Under the pieces are notes generated by a model. It was not told the DNA's origin, ran no database searches, and saw only the letters and a program-made list of their open reading frames with translations. Below are positions 30,212 to 41,203 of a DNA stretch of 56,026 bases, piece after piece; within the stretch, counting starts at the first letter, position 1, and every line of letters starts with the position of its first letter. Origin of the DNA: Bacillota bacterium. GTDB taxonomy: Bacteria; Bacillota_I; Bacilli_A; RF39; UBA660. A program made the translations under genes and the position numbers. The stretch covers positions 1-56,026 of the forward strand of contig SVAN01000005.1 of the NCBI GenBank assembly GCA_015059375.1. The letters are read 5' to 3'.

Positions 30212-31268
30212 AATATTATCAATTTTTCTTGTTTTAACAATTTTTTTAACGACAGGTTGTGGAAATGACAATTATATTAAAGATAACGATAGTAAAATAG
30301 TAATTAACAAAGAAACTGGTCAGAATTTGCAAAAAGATATTTATTGTAGACCATCTGAAGATACAGAAGTATATAAATTATACAAAGAATATGAATCTCA
30401 ATTAGATGTTAAACTTAATGATTTACCAAAATGTAGTGATTACAAAATAAATTCTAATAAAACCCAAAGTTTATGGCAATTCTTATTTGTTAAACCTTTA
30501 GCTTACATTATTTTAAAATTAGGTTATGCATTAAAATCGATTGGTTTATCCAAATCATATTTGGGCGTTTCAGTAATGTTAATTGGCTTGTTAATAAGAA
30601 TTATTATGTTACCTGTTCATTTAAAAACACAAAAGCAATCTAAAAAGATGCAAGAAATGGCTCCAGAGCTGCAAAGAATTGAAAAAAAATATGCAAATCG
30701 TCAGGATCAAGAATCAATGCTGATGAAGAGTCAAGAAACTATGGCATTATATCAAAAATATAAAGTAAGTCCATTTTTAAGCTGTTTACTTTCATTAATT
30801 CAATTGCCATTATTTTTTGCCTTTTTACAAGCTATTTACAAAATACCAGCAATATATGAGGGAGAAATCTTTGGTTGGAATTTAGGGACAACTCCTAATG
30901 TTGGTTTGTTTACTAATCATCAGTATTCTTTCATTATACTAATTGTATTAATTATTTTAACAACTTATTTTTCGTTTAAATATACAATGAGTCAAAATAA
31001 AACTACTTCGGCGGTGCCAGGAGCAGAATCACAAATGAAAACAATGTTGGTAGTTATGACTGTATTTATTGCGTTTGCATCATTTAGTTTACCTACCGCA
31101 ATAGCATTATATTGGATTATAACTTATGCTTTTATTATTATTCAAACTTTTATAATGAATTTAATTCAAAAAAGAAATAATAAAAAAACAAATTATAATA
31201 AGTCAAAAAATCAAATTAAAGATAAGTTAAAAATGAAAGAAGGAATGAAGTATGGAAAGAATAAGTAA
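30198..31268 (+). CDS. yidC: Membrane protein insertase YidC/SpoIIIJ (lipoprotein signal)
   Basis: Lipobox TTGC, IRIIMLP...Q, M.LYQKY.VSP..CL..LIQLP and ALYW motifs. Confidence 0.94.
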   Translation: MKKNKILSIFLVLTIFLTTGCGNDNYIKDNDSKIVINKETGQNLQKDIYCRPSEDTEVYKLYKEYESQLDVKLNDLPKCSDYKINSNKTQSLWQFLFVKPLAYIILKLGYALKSIGLSKSYLGVSVMLIGLLIRIIMLPVHLKTQKQSKKMQEMAPELQRIEKKYANRQDQESMLMKSQETMALYQKYKVSPFLSCLLSLIQLPLFFAFLQAIYKIPAIYEGEIFGWNLGTTPNVGLFTNHQYSFIILIVLIILTTYFSFKYTMSQNKTTSAVPGAESQMKTMLVVMTVFIAFASFSLPTAIALYWIITYAFIIIQTFIMNLIQKRNNKKTNYNKSKNQIKDKLKMKEGMKYGKNK

Positions 31269-31863
31269 AACAGGGAAGGACTTTGAAAATACTTTAAATG
31301 AAATTCTAGAAGAAAATAAATTAGATAAAGAGAATGTAATTTATTTAACTGGAGAAGTAAAAAAAGGTTTATTTAAAGGAGAAACAACAGAAGTAATAGT
31401 ATACAAAAAAGAAGATATTTATTCCTTTGCAAAAGATTACTTAAAAGAAGTTATTAATAATTTGGGGCTAGAGGTAACTTTTGAAATTAAAAAGCAGGAA
31501 GATCGAGTAATGCTTAAGATGTATTCAAATAACAATAATATATTAATAGGCCATAATGGAAATACTTTAAGAGCTTTAGAAACATTGTTAAAACAAAAAA
31601 TTCAATTAGAAATTGGTACTTATTTTTCAATTTCATTGGATGTTGAAAATTATAAAGATAAAAAAGTAGCTCGAATTGAAAGATTAGCAAAACAGACAGC
31701 AAAAGAGGTATTAAAAACTAAAATGGACGTTCATTTAGAAAATATGAATGCTTATGAAAGAAGAATTGTTCATAATATTTTAACTAATTTTAAGGGGATA
31801 TCAACTAAAAGTGAAGGCGAGGAACCAAATCGTCACGTTGTAATAAGCATAACGAAAGAGTAA
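31252..31863 (+). CDS. jag: Jag/EloR (KhpB) RNA-binding protein, KH plus R3H
   Basis: LIGHNG.TLRAL, LDVENY, M.AYERRIVH and SEGEEP.RHVVI motifs. Confidence 0.93.
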   Translation: MERISKTGKDFENTLNEILEENKLDKENVIYLTGEVKKGLFKGETTEVIVYKKEDIYSFAKDYLKEVINNLGLEVTFEIKKQEDRVMLKMYSNNNNILIGHNGNTLRALETLLKQKIQLEIGTYFSISLDVENYKDKKVARIERLAKQTAKEVLKTKMDVHLENMNAYERRIVHNILTNFKGISTKSEGEEPNRHVVISITKE

Positions 31864-31932
31864 AAATCTTTCGTTTTTATATACTTTTTTTTATTGACAT
31901 ATGCTATAATACGTTTGCGAAAGGGGAATATT

Positions 31933-33276
31933 ATGGAAGATACTATTTGCGCTATATCAACTGCCATTGGAGTTGGAGCGATTTCGATAATCAGGATAAG
32001 CGGAGATAATGCTATTAAAATTATTAATGATATTTTTAGCAATAAAATTCAAGAGGAAGAGACTCATGTAATAAAATATGGATACATTAAAGATAATGAA
32101 GAAATAATTGATGAAGTCCTTTTAATGGTCATGCGTGCTCCAAAAACATATACTAAAGAAGATGTGATTGAAATTAATTGTCATGGTGGTATAAATACTA
32201 CTAATAAAATGCTTGAACTACTGCTAAAAAAGGGATGTAGATTGGCAGAACCAGGAGAATTTACAAAACGCGCGTTTTTAAACGGTCGAATTAGCTTGCT
32301 AGAATCTGAAGCTGTTGGAGAATTGATAGCAGCTAAAACTGATTCGCAAAGAAAACTTTCGCTAAACCAATTAGGAGGTAACCTAAGTCATAAAATCAAT
32401 AATCTTCGTGAACAAATCTTATCTTTAATGGCAAATATCGAAGTTAATATTGATTATCCTGAGTATACCGATAATTTAGTTGTAACTGAAAATTTATTAA
32501 AAGAAAAATTAGTTTCCATAACACGTGAATTGGAAAATTTGGTTGAAGGAACAAAATATGGAAAAATAGTATCTAATGGAATTAACGTTGCAATTATAGG
32601 TAAACCTAATGTAGGAAAAAGTAGTATTTTAAATCATTTGTTAGATGAACAAAAAGCTATTGTAACTGATATTGCAGGAACAACTCGAGATTTAGTTGAA
32701 GGCGTTATTTCTTTAAATGGTATTGAAATAAAATTAATTGATACGGCTGGAATTCGTGAAACAACTGATTTGGTTGAGAAAATAGGGGTTGAAAAAAGTT
32801 TTGAATTAATAAAATCTGCTGATGTAGTAATTTTAGTGGTTGATGGAAGTAAATGTTTAGATCAAGATGATTATACAATTTTACAACAAGCAAAAGGAGC
32901 TAATATAATAGTTTTTGTAAATAAAAATGATCAAAAAACTATTGTGGATATAACGGGATTAAATAATATTGTCTTTGGTAATACTATAGAACCTAATGGG
33001 TTAGATTTACTTAAGAGCAAATTAATTGAAATGTTTAGTATCAACGAAATCAATAAGGATTTAACTTATCTATCGAATGCAAGACAAATTGATTTAGTAA
33101 ATAAGGCAAATGATTCATTGAAAAACGCAAATTATTCATTAAACAATGGTATTCCAATTGATATGATTGAAACCGATTTAAAAGCTTGTTTTGATTATTT
33201 GGGACAAATTATTGGCGATACATATGAACAAGCCGTTATTGATCGTTTATTTAGGGATTTTTGCGTTGGAAAGTAG
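31933..33276 (+). CDS. mnmE: tRNA modification GTPase MnmE
   Basis: DTICAIST, GEFTKRAFLNG, GKPNVGKSS, DTAG and FCVGK motifs. Start at 31933 behind AAGGGG. Confidence 0.97.
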   Translation: MEDTICAISTAIGVGAISIIRISGDNAIKIINDIFSNKIQEEETHVIKYGYIKDNEEIIDEVLLMVMRAPKTYTKEDVIEINCHGGINTTNKMLELLLKKGCRLAEPGEFTKRAFLNGRISLLESEAVGELIAAKTDSQRKLSLNQLGGNLSHKINNLREQILSLMANIEVNIDYPEYTDNLVVTENLLKEKLVSITRELENLVEGTKYGKIVSNGINVAIIGKPNVGKSSILNHLLDEQKAIVTDIAGTTRDLVEGVISLNGIEIKLIDTAGIRETTDLVEKIGVEKSFELIKSADVVILVVDGSKCLDQDDYTILQQAKGANIIVFVNKNDQKTIVDITGLNNIVFGNTIEPNGLDLLKSKLIEMFSINEINKDLTYLSNARQIDLVNKANDSLKNANYSLNNGIPIDMIETDLKACFDYLGQIIGDTYEQAVIDRLFRDFCVGK

Positions 33277-33284
33277 GTGAAACA

Positions 33285-35150
33285 ATGTACGATGTAATTG
33301 TTGTAGGTGGCGGACACGCCGGCTGTGAAGCTGCACATATTTGTGCACAAATGAATAAAAAAACTCTTCTTATCACTTCAAATGTTAATAATATTGCTGA
33401 TATGCCATGTAATCCTTCGATTGGTGGTAGTGCAAAGGGAATCATTGTTCGTGAAATCGATGCGTTAGGCGGTTTAATGGGAATTGTAGCTGATAAATCA
33501 CATTTTCAAATTAAAATGCTGAATAATTCTAAAGGTCCAGCGGTAAGAGCGTTAAGAGCTCAAGCTGATAAAAGTATTTACCCAAAGGTTATGAAAGAAT
33601 ATTTAGATGCTACCCTAAATCTTGACATAATCGAAGGAATGGTAGAAGATTTAATTATTGAAAATAATACGGTAAAAGGGGTTCTTTTGGAAAATAGAGA
33701 ATCATATTTATCAAGTTCAGTTATATTAACTACTGGAACTTATTTGAATGCTAATATTTTAATTGGTAGTGAAAATACTCCGAATGGACCTCATGGCGAA
33801 AAAAGAAGTAATTTCTTATCTAAGAAGTTAGAAGAAATAGGATTTAATATTAAACGATTAAAAACTGGAACTCCCCAAAGGATAAAAGCAAATAGCGTTG
33901 ATTTTAGTAGATTAAAAGAAGAATGTGGTGACGATTCATACTGGACATTTTCGTTTGATATTGAACCACAATATCAAATTAATAATCAACAAAAATGTTA
34001 TTTAATATATACCAATGAAAAAACTCATCAGATTATCAAAGATAATTTGGATAAAAGTGCTATGTATGGCGGATACGCAACTGGAGTTGGACCTCGTTAC
34101 TGCCCTTCAATTGAGGATAAAGTTGTTCGTTTTGCTGACAAGGAGAGACATCAATTATTCTTGGAGCCAGAAAGTATTTATTATGATGAGTGGTATTTAC
34201 AAGGATTTTCTACATCAATGCCTCGAGATGTCCAAGAAGAAATGGTCCACAGTCTTGAGGGGTTAGAAAATGCTGTAATAAGTAAATACGCTTATGCAAT
34301 TGAGTATGACGCCATTGATCCAATGCAAATTAAGGCTTCATTAGAAACTAAAATTATTGAAAATTTATTTACTGCTGGTCAGATAAATGGTACTTCTGGA
34401 TATGAAGAAGCTGCAGGTCAAGGATTAATAGCAGGAATAAATGCTTGCCTAAAAATTGATGGAAAAAAGCCATTTATATTAAAACGTCACGAAGCATATA
34501 TAGGAGTTTTAATAGATGATTTAGTAACCAAAGGAATTACTGATCCTTATCGTATGCTAACTTCGCGAGCAGAATTTAGACTTTTATTAAGACATGATAA
34601 TGCGGACTTGCGATTGACTACTAAGGCGTATGAAGTTGGTGCAATTATTCCTTCAAAGTATCAAAAATTAAAGAATAAAATAAAGCAAATAAATGAATTA
34701 ACTGAATATTTAAAAAATAATCGATTAATCATTAATGAACAAGTTAAAGCTTTTTTTGCAAAGAATAATTTGTCGTTACCTAATGGAAATTTTAATTATT
34801 TATTGCTATTAAAAAGGCCTGAAATTACAATGGATGTAATAAGTAATTTTTTAGATCTTTCTAATTATTCAAAGGAAGTAATTGAACAGGTTGAAATAGA
34901 AAATAAATACGAAGGTTATATAAAAAAAGAATATGCAGAAAAAGAAAAATTGAATAAACTTGAAGAAAAACAAATTCCTGAAGACATTGATTATAGCAAG
35001 GTTAAAAATATAGCTAGCGAAGCACGACAAAAACTGGAGTTAGTGAGGCCTGTTACGATAGCTCAAGCCAGTCGTATTAGTGGAGTAAATCCAGTAGACA
35101 TAAGCTTACTATTAGTGTATTTAAAAAAAGAGTATGGTAAAAATGAATAG
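33285..35150 (+). CDS. mnmG: tRNA uridine-5-carboxymethylaminomethyl synthesis enzyme MnmG
   Basis: GGGHAGCEAA, CNPSIGG, RLKTGTP, GPRYCPSIEDK and GTSGYEEAA motifs. Confidence 0.98.
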   Translation: MYDVIVVGGGHAGCEAAHICAQMNKKTLLITSNVNNIADMPCNPSIGGSAKGIIVREIDALGGLMGIVADKSHFQIKMLNNSKGPAVRALRAQADKSIYPKVMKEYLDATLNLDIIEGMVEDLIIENNTVKGVLLENRESYLSSSVILTTGTYLNANILIGSENTPNGPHGEKRSNFLSKKLEEIGFNIKRLKTGTPQRIKANSVDFSRLKEECGDDSYWTFSFDIEPQYQINNQQKCYLIYTNEKTHQIIKDNLDKSAMYGGYATGVGPRYCPSIEDKVVRFADKERHQLFLEPESIYYDEWYLQGFSTSMPRDVQEEMVHSLEGLENAVISKYAYAIEYDAIDPMQIKASLETKIIENLFTAGQINGTSGYEEAAGQGLIAGINACLKIDGKKPFILKRHEAYIGVLIDDLVTKGITDPYRMLTSRAEFRLLLRHDNADLRLTTKAYEVGAIIPSKYQKLKNKIKQINELTEYLKNNRLIINEQVKAFFAKNNLSLPNGNFNYLLLLKRPEITMDVISNFLDLSNYSKEVIEQVEIENKYEGYIKKEYAEKEKLNKLEEKQIPEDIDYSKVKNIASEARQKLELVRPVTIAQASRISGVNPVDISLLLVYLKKEYGKNE

Positions 35151-35853
35151 AGATATATTTATACAAGAATTACAAAAGTTAGATATTATTGTTGATGAAG
35201 AAAAATTAAATTTGTTAAATAAGTATTATGATTATTTAATTGAATATAACTCACATACTAATTTAACTACAATAACTGAGAAAAATGATGTTTACTTAAA
35301 ACATTTTTATGATTCATTGACCTTGAGTCGTTATATTAATTTAAATGAAATTGAGTCGATGATTGATATTGGTTCAGGAGCTGGGTTTCCAGGGGTAGTT
35401 CTCAAAATTTTTTTCCCTCATATTAACGTCACAATTTTGGATTCAAATAATAAAAAAACAACGTTTGTTTCAAATTTAATTACAAAATTAGGCTTAAATA
35501 ACATTGAAGTTGTTAACGCTCGAGCAGAAGATTATGCAAAAGAAAATTTAAATAAATATGACTTATGTACTTCGAGAGCAGTTGCTTTCATAGATATTAT
35601 TAGTGAACTATCATTACCGTTTATTAATCTTAATGGAAAAGTAGCATTAATGAAGGGAAATATTGATAATGAAATAAAAATTTTAAATAATTATCAACAA
35701 AAACTTAACATTAAAAACTATATAATTAACTCTTTTGTATTACCAAACAAAGATGAAAGAAATATAATTATCTTAACTAAAAATGGTTTAACCAAGAAAG
35801 TATTAAATTATTCTCAAATTGTTAAAAGAAGTAAAATATGGAATGGCAAATAA
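35143..35853 (+). CDS. rsmG: 16S rRNA m7G527 methyltransferase RsmG (GidB)
   Basis: NLT.IT, KHFYDSL, DIGSGAGFPG and SRAV motifs. Start at 35143 or 35134. Confidence 0.96.
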   Translation: MNRDIFIQELQKLDIIVDEEKLNLLNKYYDYLIEYNSHTNLTTITEKNDVYLKHFYDSLTLSRYINLNEIESMIDIGSGAGFPGVVLKIFFPHINVTILDSNNKKTTFVSNLITKLGLNNIEVVNARAEDYAKENLNKYDLCTSRAVAFIDIISELSLPFINLNGKVALMKGNIDNEIKILNNYQQKLNIKNYIINSFVLPNKDERNIIILTKNGLTKKVLNYSQIVKRSKIWNGK

Positions 35854-35925
35854 TATTGCATTCCATATTTTATTGCAAAAAAAATGAATTTAAGATATTA
35901 TATTAATAGTAGGAGAAGGGGCTAA

Positions 35926-37062
35926 ATGAATTTTGATTCTAGTGTTTTACAAGTAGCAATTGAAGATATTATACCCAATCGTTTTCAACCACGATTAACG
36001 TTTGAAGACTCTTCTTTGCGTGAATTATCCGATTCAATTAAGCAACACGGGGTAATTCAACCGCTTGTATTAAGAAAAATTGGTGATAAATATGAAATAA
36101 TAGCCGGTGAGAGAAGATATAAAGCGTCTACTATGGCTGGATTATCATCAGTTCCTGCGGTTATTTCCAATATAGACGATAAAACTAGTGCTGAGGTAGC
36201 TGTTGTTGAAAATGTTCAACGCCGAGATTTAACCGCTATTGAAGAAGCAAGATCATATAAGGCATTACTGGATCAAGGTTATATGTCTCAAGAACAATTA
36301 GCTCATAAAATGGGGCTTTCTCAAAGCGCTATTGCTAACAAGCTGCGTTTGTTAAATCTGGCACCAGAAGTTCAAGATGCGATATTGGAAAATAAGATTT
36401 CGGAAAGACACGCTAGGTCATTGCTTGTTGTTAAAGAGTTAAACGATCAAGTACGTTGGCTTGAAAGAATTATCTCTAATCGGCTTACTGTTAGACAATT
36501 AGATGAAGAATTAAGAAAAGAATATAAAGGTGAAACAATGAACTCGGGAATTGATATTAATCAAATTAAGCAAAATGCCGTTGATATAAAAACAATAACT
36601 AATGATCCTGTTACAATGAATGCACCTTCACCATCTGCTTTTACCATGGGCCCTATTGATTTAGGTCAAAAAACAACTAATAAGTTTTTTAATAATTTGG
36701 AAGATCAAGCCGCAAATATGCAAATGACTGAAGCGATTAATCCTTTTAGTAGATTTAATGATTCTCAAGTTTTACCAAAGGAGCCAACGTCTAATAGTTT
36801 TCCTCAAATGACTATTTTGCCAGCCGATAATCAAACTTCCTCTCAAATAATATCAGAAGTATCTGCACCTAGTAACGTTGAATCGTTAGATAGCTTGGAT
36901 TTTGCTCCCCCAAAAGAACAGAAAGATATACTTAAAGCCAAAAATAGGATAACTAGTTTATTAAATGAATTGCGAAGCGATGGTTATTTAATTGAGTATA
37001 CCGAAAGTAATATTGGTGGAAAAATAACTTATCATATTGAAATCAAAGAAACTGAGAATTAA
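35926..37062 (+). CDS. noc: ParB-family nucleoid occlusion protein Noc-like with a long internal linker
   Basis: PNRFQPR, IAGERRY, ENVQR; HTH QSAIANKLRLL and ERHAR are Noc-type rather than Spo0J-type; follows rsmG. Confidence 0.8.
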   Translation: MNFDSSVLQVAIEDIIPNRFQPRLTFEDSSLRELSDSIKQHGVIQPLVLRKIGDKYEIIAGERRYKASTMAGLSSVPAVISNIDDKTSAEVAVVENVQRRDLTAIEEARSYKALLDQGYMSQEQLAHKMGLSQSAIANKLRLLNLAPEVQDAILENKISERHARSLLVVKELNDQVRWLERIISNRLTVRQLDEELRKEYKGETMNSGIDINQIKQNAVDIKTITNDPVTMNAPSPSAFTMGPIDLGQKTTNKFFNNLEDQAANMQMTEAINPFSRFNDSQVLPKEPTSNSFPQMTILPADNQTSSQIISEVSAPSNVESLDSLDFAPPKEQKDILKAKNRITSLLNELRSDGYLIEYTESNIGGKITYHIEIKETEN

Positions 37063-37073
37063 CTCAGTTTTTT
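37049..37073. terminator. Bidirectional terminator between noc and the PBP gene
   Basis: AAACTGAG-AATTAA-CTCAGTTT-TTT spanning both stop codons. Confidence 0.7.
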
Positions 37074-38992
37074 ATTGGTTCGCTTCCTCGTAAATAATAA
37101 AACATATTTACTTTGCTAGTGTCATTTGTTATTTTACCATCTACTGCGTTTAAAGGAACTCCCACGACATTAGTCGGTTTATTATACCAGTGATCGTTAT
37201 TGTTTGTTTCTAATATTTTTTCCACAGTATCTACCCAAATATTTTTGGCATCTAGTCCAACCGATACCGCAAGTGGAGCATTATCATCATATCCGGTCCA
37301 TGTGACCATTAGAATGTCTTTGTTGTATCCAACTGTCCAATAATCTGTATCTGTAGTACCTGTTTTAAAAGCGTATTTTGTAGTTAGTTTTGAGGCAATA
37401 TTTAAAGCTGTCGGTTTATTATAATCTATAAAAGCTGAATTCGTTGTACTTGTAAGTAATTCATTAAGAATATAAACATAATTAGGGTTTAAAATTAAAT
37501 CATTTTTTTCTTTATATTCATATAGAATATTACCATCTTGATCTTCGATGCGTTTTATTAAATGAAGATTACGTTTATAGCCTCCGCTGGCAAATGTTGT
37601 ATAGCCATCTGCAAAATCCAACAGATTGATTTCACTGGTACCTAGCGCCAATGAAGCGACTTCTTGCAGATTGGTATCAATTCCACATTCGTGAGCAGTT
37701 TTAATTAATTCTTCAACTCCTAAAAAAAGATTTGTTTTTACTGCATATATGTTATCGGAATATGCAATGGCTGCTGCCATAGTAATTTCTTTGTTACCAT
37801 ATATATTAGCATAATTTTTAGGGGAATATGTTTTACCATTTGCTAAGTTAAATGTAGTATATTGACTTTTAAAGGTTGATGAAGAGGTCATACCATTATT
37901 AAGAGCTGCGTAATATAAGAATGGTTTCATTGTGGATCCTACTTGTCTTTTCGAAGAAATTGCACGATTGTATTGACTTTTAGCGTAATCAACACCTCCG
38001 GTTAAAGCTAAAATACTTCCATCAGATGGATTTATTATTACTCCTGATGTTTGTAATTTATCATCATCTAAATGTTCTAATATTTCCTTTTCCATTGTTT
38101 CTTGTGCTTGATAATTTAAAGTGGTGTAAACTTTAAGATTCCCAGAGTTTAGTTGTTCGTTGCTAATTTTTTCTATACTTTTTAATTCATTTATAACTGC
38201 ATCTTGGAAATACATTAACATTTGTAAATCGTTATCAGATCTTTTTCCGTGTATATTAATTGTATCTTTGAAAAGATTATCGTACGTGGATTTATTAATT
38301 ATTTTATTATTATACATTGTTAACGCAACGATTTTTGCTCTTTTAATGGCAGCATCGTAATTGGTAACCGGATTATAATTATTGGGGCTTTTGGGGATGC
38401 CTGCTAAAATTAGCGCTTCCTCTAATGAAAGTTCACTAGGTAGTTTATTAAAATAAAATTTGGCTGCACTACTTATTCCATAGTTTCCTTGTCCATAATT
38501 AATCGTGTTTAGATATGCTTCTAATATTTCATCTTTTGAATAATGAACTTCTAAATTAAGCGTTAATAACGCTTCTTTTATTTTTCGTGTCCAGGTTTGA
38601 TCAAATTCTAAGTAAGCGTTTTTAATGTATTGTTGTGAAATTGTACTTGCACCTTCGACAATTTGGCCTTTTGTGATATTTTTCATCATAGCTCTAATTA
38701 TTCTTAAGTAGTCAAATCCCGTATGATTATAAAAGTTTTTATCTTCAACAGAAATAACTGCATTTAATAAGTCTTGGGAAATTTCTTTTAAATTAATCCA
38801 TTCGTTAACGCTACTGCCTTGATATATTAAATTTTCTTTTTCATCATATAAATAATATGTTCCAAGCCTATTAAGTTCAATAGCATCTTCAAAATATGCT
38901 TTTGTATATAAACCTATTATTACTATGATACATGATAGAAAAATAAATAAAAATGCCTTATATCCAAATCTAATAATTTGCACGTTTTTCAC
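37064..38992 (-). CDS. Class A (bifunctional) penicillin-binding protein, PbpG-like
   Basis: Transglycosylase EDKNFY.H.G, GASTISQQ and RKIKE motifs; transpeptidase STMK, SDN and KTGT motifs. Confidence 0.93.
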   Translation of the reverse strand: MKNVQIIRFGYKAFLFIFLSCIIVIIGLYTKAYFEDAIELNRLGTYYLYDEKENLIYQGSSVNEWINLKEISQDLLNAVISVEDKNFYNHTGFDYLRIIRAMMKNITKGQIVEGASTISQQYIKNAYLEFDQTWTRKIKEALLTLNLEVHYSKDEILEAYLNTINYGQGNYGISSAAKFYFNKLPSELSLEEALILAGIPKSPNNYNPVTNYDAAIKRAKIVALTMYNNKIINKSTYDNLFKDTINIHGKRSDNDLQMLMYFQDAVINELKSIEKISNEQLNSGNLKVYTTLNYQAQETMEKEILEHLDDDKLQTSGVIINPSDGSILALTGGVDYAKSQYNRAISSKRQVGSTMKPFLYYAALNNGMTSSSTFKSQYTTFNLANGKTYSPKNYANIYGNKEITMAAAIAYSDNIYAVKTNLFLGVEELIKTAHECGIDTNLQEVASLALGTSEINLLDFADGYTTFASGGYKRNLHLIKRIEDQDGNILYEYKEKNDLILNPNYVYILNELLTSTTNSAFIDYNKPTALNIASKLTTKYAFKTGTTDTDYWTVGYNKDILMVTWTGYDDNAPLAVSVGLDAKNIWVDTVEKILETNNNDHWYNKPTNVVGVPLNAVDGKITNDTSKVNMFYYLRGSEPIKN

Positions 38993-39104
38993 CCTATATT
39001 TAGTATTTAAAAAAATATATAATTTATAAGTGCATTTTTAATATATGTATGCTATAATGTTCTAGAAAAAAAGCAAGACATACTGATTTTTAGCAAAAGG
39101 AAGG

Positions 39105-40718
39105 ATGTTTATGAAAGAAAAAATAGTTGCACTTATAGCTCGTGAACTAGAAAAATTTGGCATTGTAAATAGAGAAATTACAATTGAAATACCTAAAAAT
39201 AAAGAGAATGGTGATTATAGTACTAATATAGCTTTACAGTTAGCAAAGGAATTAAAGAGAAATCCATTAGAAATCGCAAAAGAAATATCACTAAACCTAA
39301 ATGATTCTTTAATAAAAAAAGTAACGGTAGCGGCTCCAGGATTTATTAATTTTTATGTATCTAATGACTATTTGCTTGATAATATTAATGAAGTTATAGA
39401 ATTAAATGATCAATATGGAACTAATAATTTAGGATTAGGTAAAAAAATTAATATTGAATTTGTTAGTGCTAATCCTACAGGTATTCTTCATATGGGAAAT
39501 GCTAGAGGTGGAGCATATGGGGATTCATTAGCAAGAATAATGAAATTCTGTGGATATGATGTTACAAAAGAATATTATTTAAATGATGCAGGTAATCAAA
39601 TTAATAAACTAGCATCTTCCATTTATAGTCGTTATTTAACTAAATGTGGAATCGATAATCCGTTTCCTGAGAATGGGTATCCAGGACAAGAAATTTATGA
39701 TATAGCAGATATAATATACAATGAAAAACAAGATTCATTAGTAAATAATGATTTAGAAATTTTTAAAAAATATGGTGTTGAATATTTAACAAAGCAGATA
39801 TTTCAAGATTTAAAGGATTATCGTATTACATATGATGTTGTTACATCAGAAAAATCAATATATGAAAAGTATCCAATTACTAACGTATTGGAGAAAATTA
39901 ATAGTAATGGATATTTATATCAAAAAGATGGGGCAACATGGTTTAAAAGTAGTGAAATATATGATGATAAAGATCATGTGTTTGTAAAAGAAGATGGTAG
40001 TTATACATACGTTGTTCCCGATATCCCGTATCATATGGATAAAATGGATCGTGGATATGTTAAAGTAATTGATGTATTAGGCACCGACCATCATGGATAT
40101 GTAGCAAGACTTAAGAGTGCTATTAAAGCTGTTGGGTATGATGATGACAAAATTTCTGTAAAACTATTACAACTTGTAAGAATTGTTAAAAATAAAGAAG
40201 TAGTAGTAATGCATAAAAGAAGTGGAAATGTCATAACTCTCCGAGATTTAATGGATGAAGTAGGAGTAAATGCTGCTCGATATTACTTTTCAAAATATTC
40301 TTTAGATACGCAAATGGATTTCGATATTGAATTAGCAAAATCAAAATCTAATGATAATCCGGTTTTTTATGTTTGTTATGCATATGCTCGAATTAGTTCT
40401 ATCCTAAAAAATTATTCAGAAATACCGAAAGTAGAAAAATTTGAATGCATAAATGAAGATGCTGCATATAATGTTCTAGCTAGTGTTTATCGCTTCAAAG
40501 ATGTTGTAAAAAGTGCATGTATTAAAGAGCAACCCCATATTATTACGAATTATGTTTATGAATTAGCAACTTTATTTCATGCTTATTATGAAAGATGCCG
40601 CATCGTAAGTGATGATGAAAAGAAGACATTAGAGAATTTAAATTTAATTAAATGTGTACAAATTACACTTTATAATGCATTGAATTTAATTGGCGTTGTC
40701 CCAGATGAAAGGATGTAA
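39105..40718 (+). CDS. argS: Arginine--tRNA ligase
   Basis: NGDYSTN, PGFINF, SANPTG.LHMGNARG, MHKRSG and Y..YAYARI motifs. Confidence 0.97.
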   Translation: MFMKEKIVALIARELEKFGIVNREITIEIPKNKENGDYSTNIALQLAKELKRNPLEIAKEISLNLNDSLIKKVTVAAPGFINFYVSNDYLLDNINEVIELNDQYGTNNLGLGKKINIEFVSANPTGILHMGNARGGAYGDSLARIMKFCGYDVTKEYYLNDAGNQINKLASSIYSRYLTKCGIDNPFPENGYPGQEIYDIADIIYNEKQDSLVNNDLEIFKKYGVEYLTKQIFQDLKDYRITYDVVTSEKSIYEKYPITNVLEKINSNGYLYQKDGATWFKSSEIYDDKDHVFVKEDGSYTYVVPDIPYHMDKMDRGYVKVIDVLGTDHHGYVARLKSAIKAVGYDDDKISVKLLQLVRIVKNKEVVVMHKRSGNVITLRDLMDEVGVNAARYYFSKYSLDTQMDFDIELAKSKSNDNPVFYVCYAYARISSILKNYSEIPKVEKFECINEDAAYNVLASVYRFKDVVKSACIKEQPHIITNYVYELATLFHAYYERCRIVSDDEKKTLENLNLIKCVQITLYNALNLIGVVPDERM

Positions 40719-40722
40719 ACAA

Positions 40723-41169
40723 ATGAAATTAAAAGATTTATCAAAAGAAGATTTAGAAACAATGAGTTTTGGGGAAATTACCGAGTTAGTTTTAAATGAA
40801 AATGGTTCAAAAATGAAGATTGTAGACATTTTTAAGAAAATATGCAAAATTCTAGAAATGAGTGAAGCTGAATTTGAAAATAAAATTGCTGATTTTTTTG
40901 AACTTATTTCAACTGATAAAAAATTTATAGTATTAGAAAAAGGTTTTTGTGATTTAAGAAAAAAACATACTCCAAAAGTAGTCATTGAAGATGATGAAGA
41001 AGAAATAGTTGAATCTGAAAGTGTTAATGATGAAGATAAAGAAGAACTAGAAGAACGTGAAGAAGATATTTTTTACGATAATTCTAGTGAAGAAGACGAT
41101 GTTGATGACAATGATGATGAATTGAATGATTTTGATATTGTTGTCGATGAAGATGAAACAAGTATGTAA
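40723..41169 (+). CDS. rpoE: RNA polymerase delta subunit
   Basis: HARE-HTH-like N-domain (IADFF...STD.KF) plus a long acidic tail; follows argS. Start at 40723. Confidence 0.88.
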   Translation: MKLKDLSKEDLETMSFGEITELVLNENGSKMKIVDIFKKICKILEMSEAEFENKIADFFELISTDKKFIVLEKGFCDLRKKHTPKVVIEDDEEEIVESESVNDEDKEELEEREEDIFYDNSSEEDDVDDNDDELNDFDIVVDEDETSM

Positions 41170-41203
41170 TGCTTGTTTTTTCATATAGATAGGATGTGAG
41201 AAA

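Noticed and set aside
35926-37062. Calling this gene spo0J/parB
   Set aside because: HTH residues (QSAIANK, ERHAR), its position after rsmG and the presence of NBS palindromes favour Noc.
41040-41160. GAA/GAT-rich low-complexity tract as a DNA repeat
   Set aside because: It encodes the normal acidic tail of RpoE.
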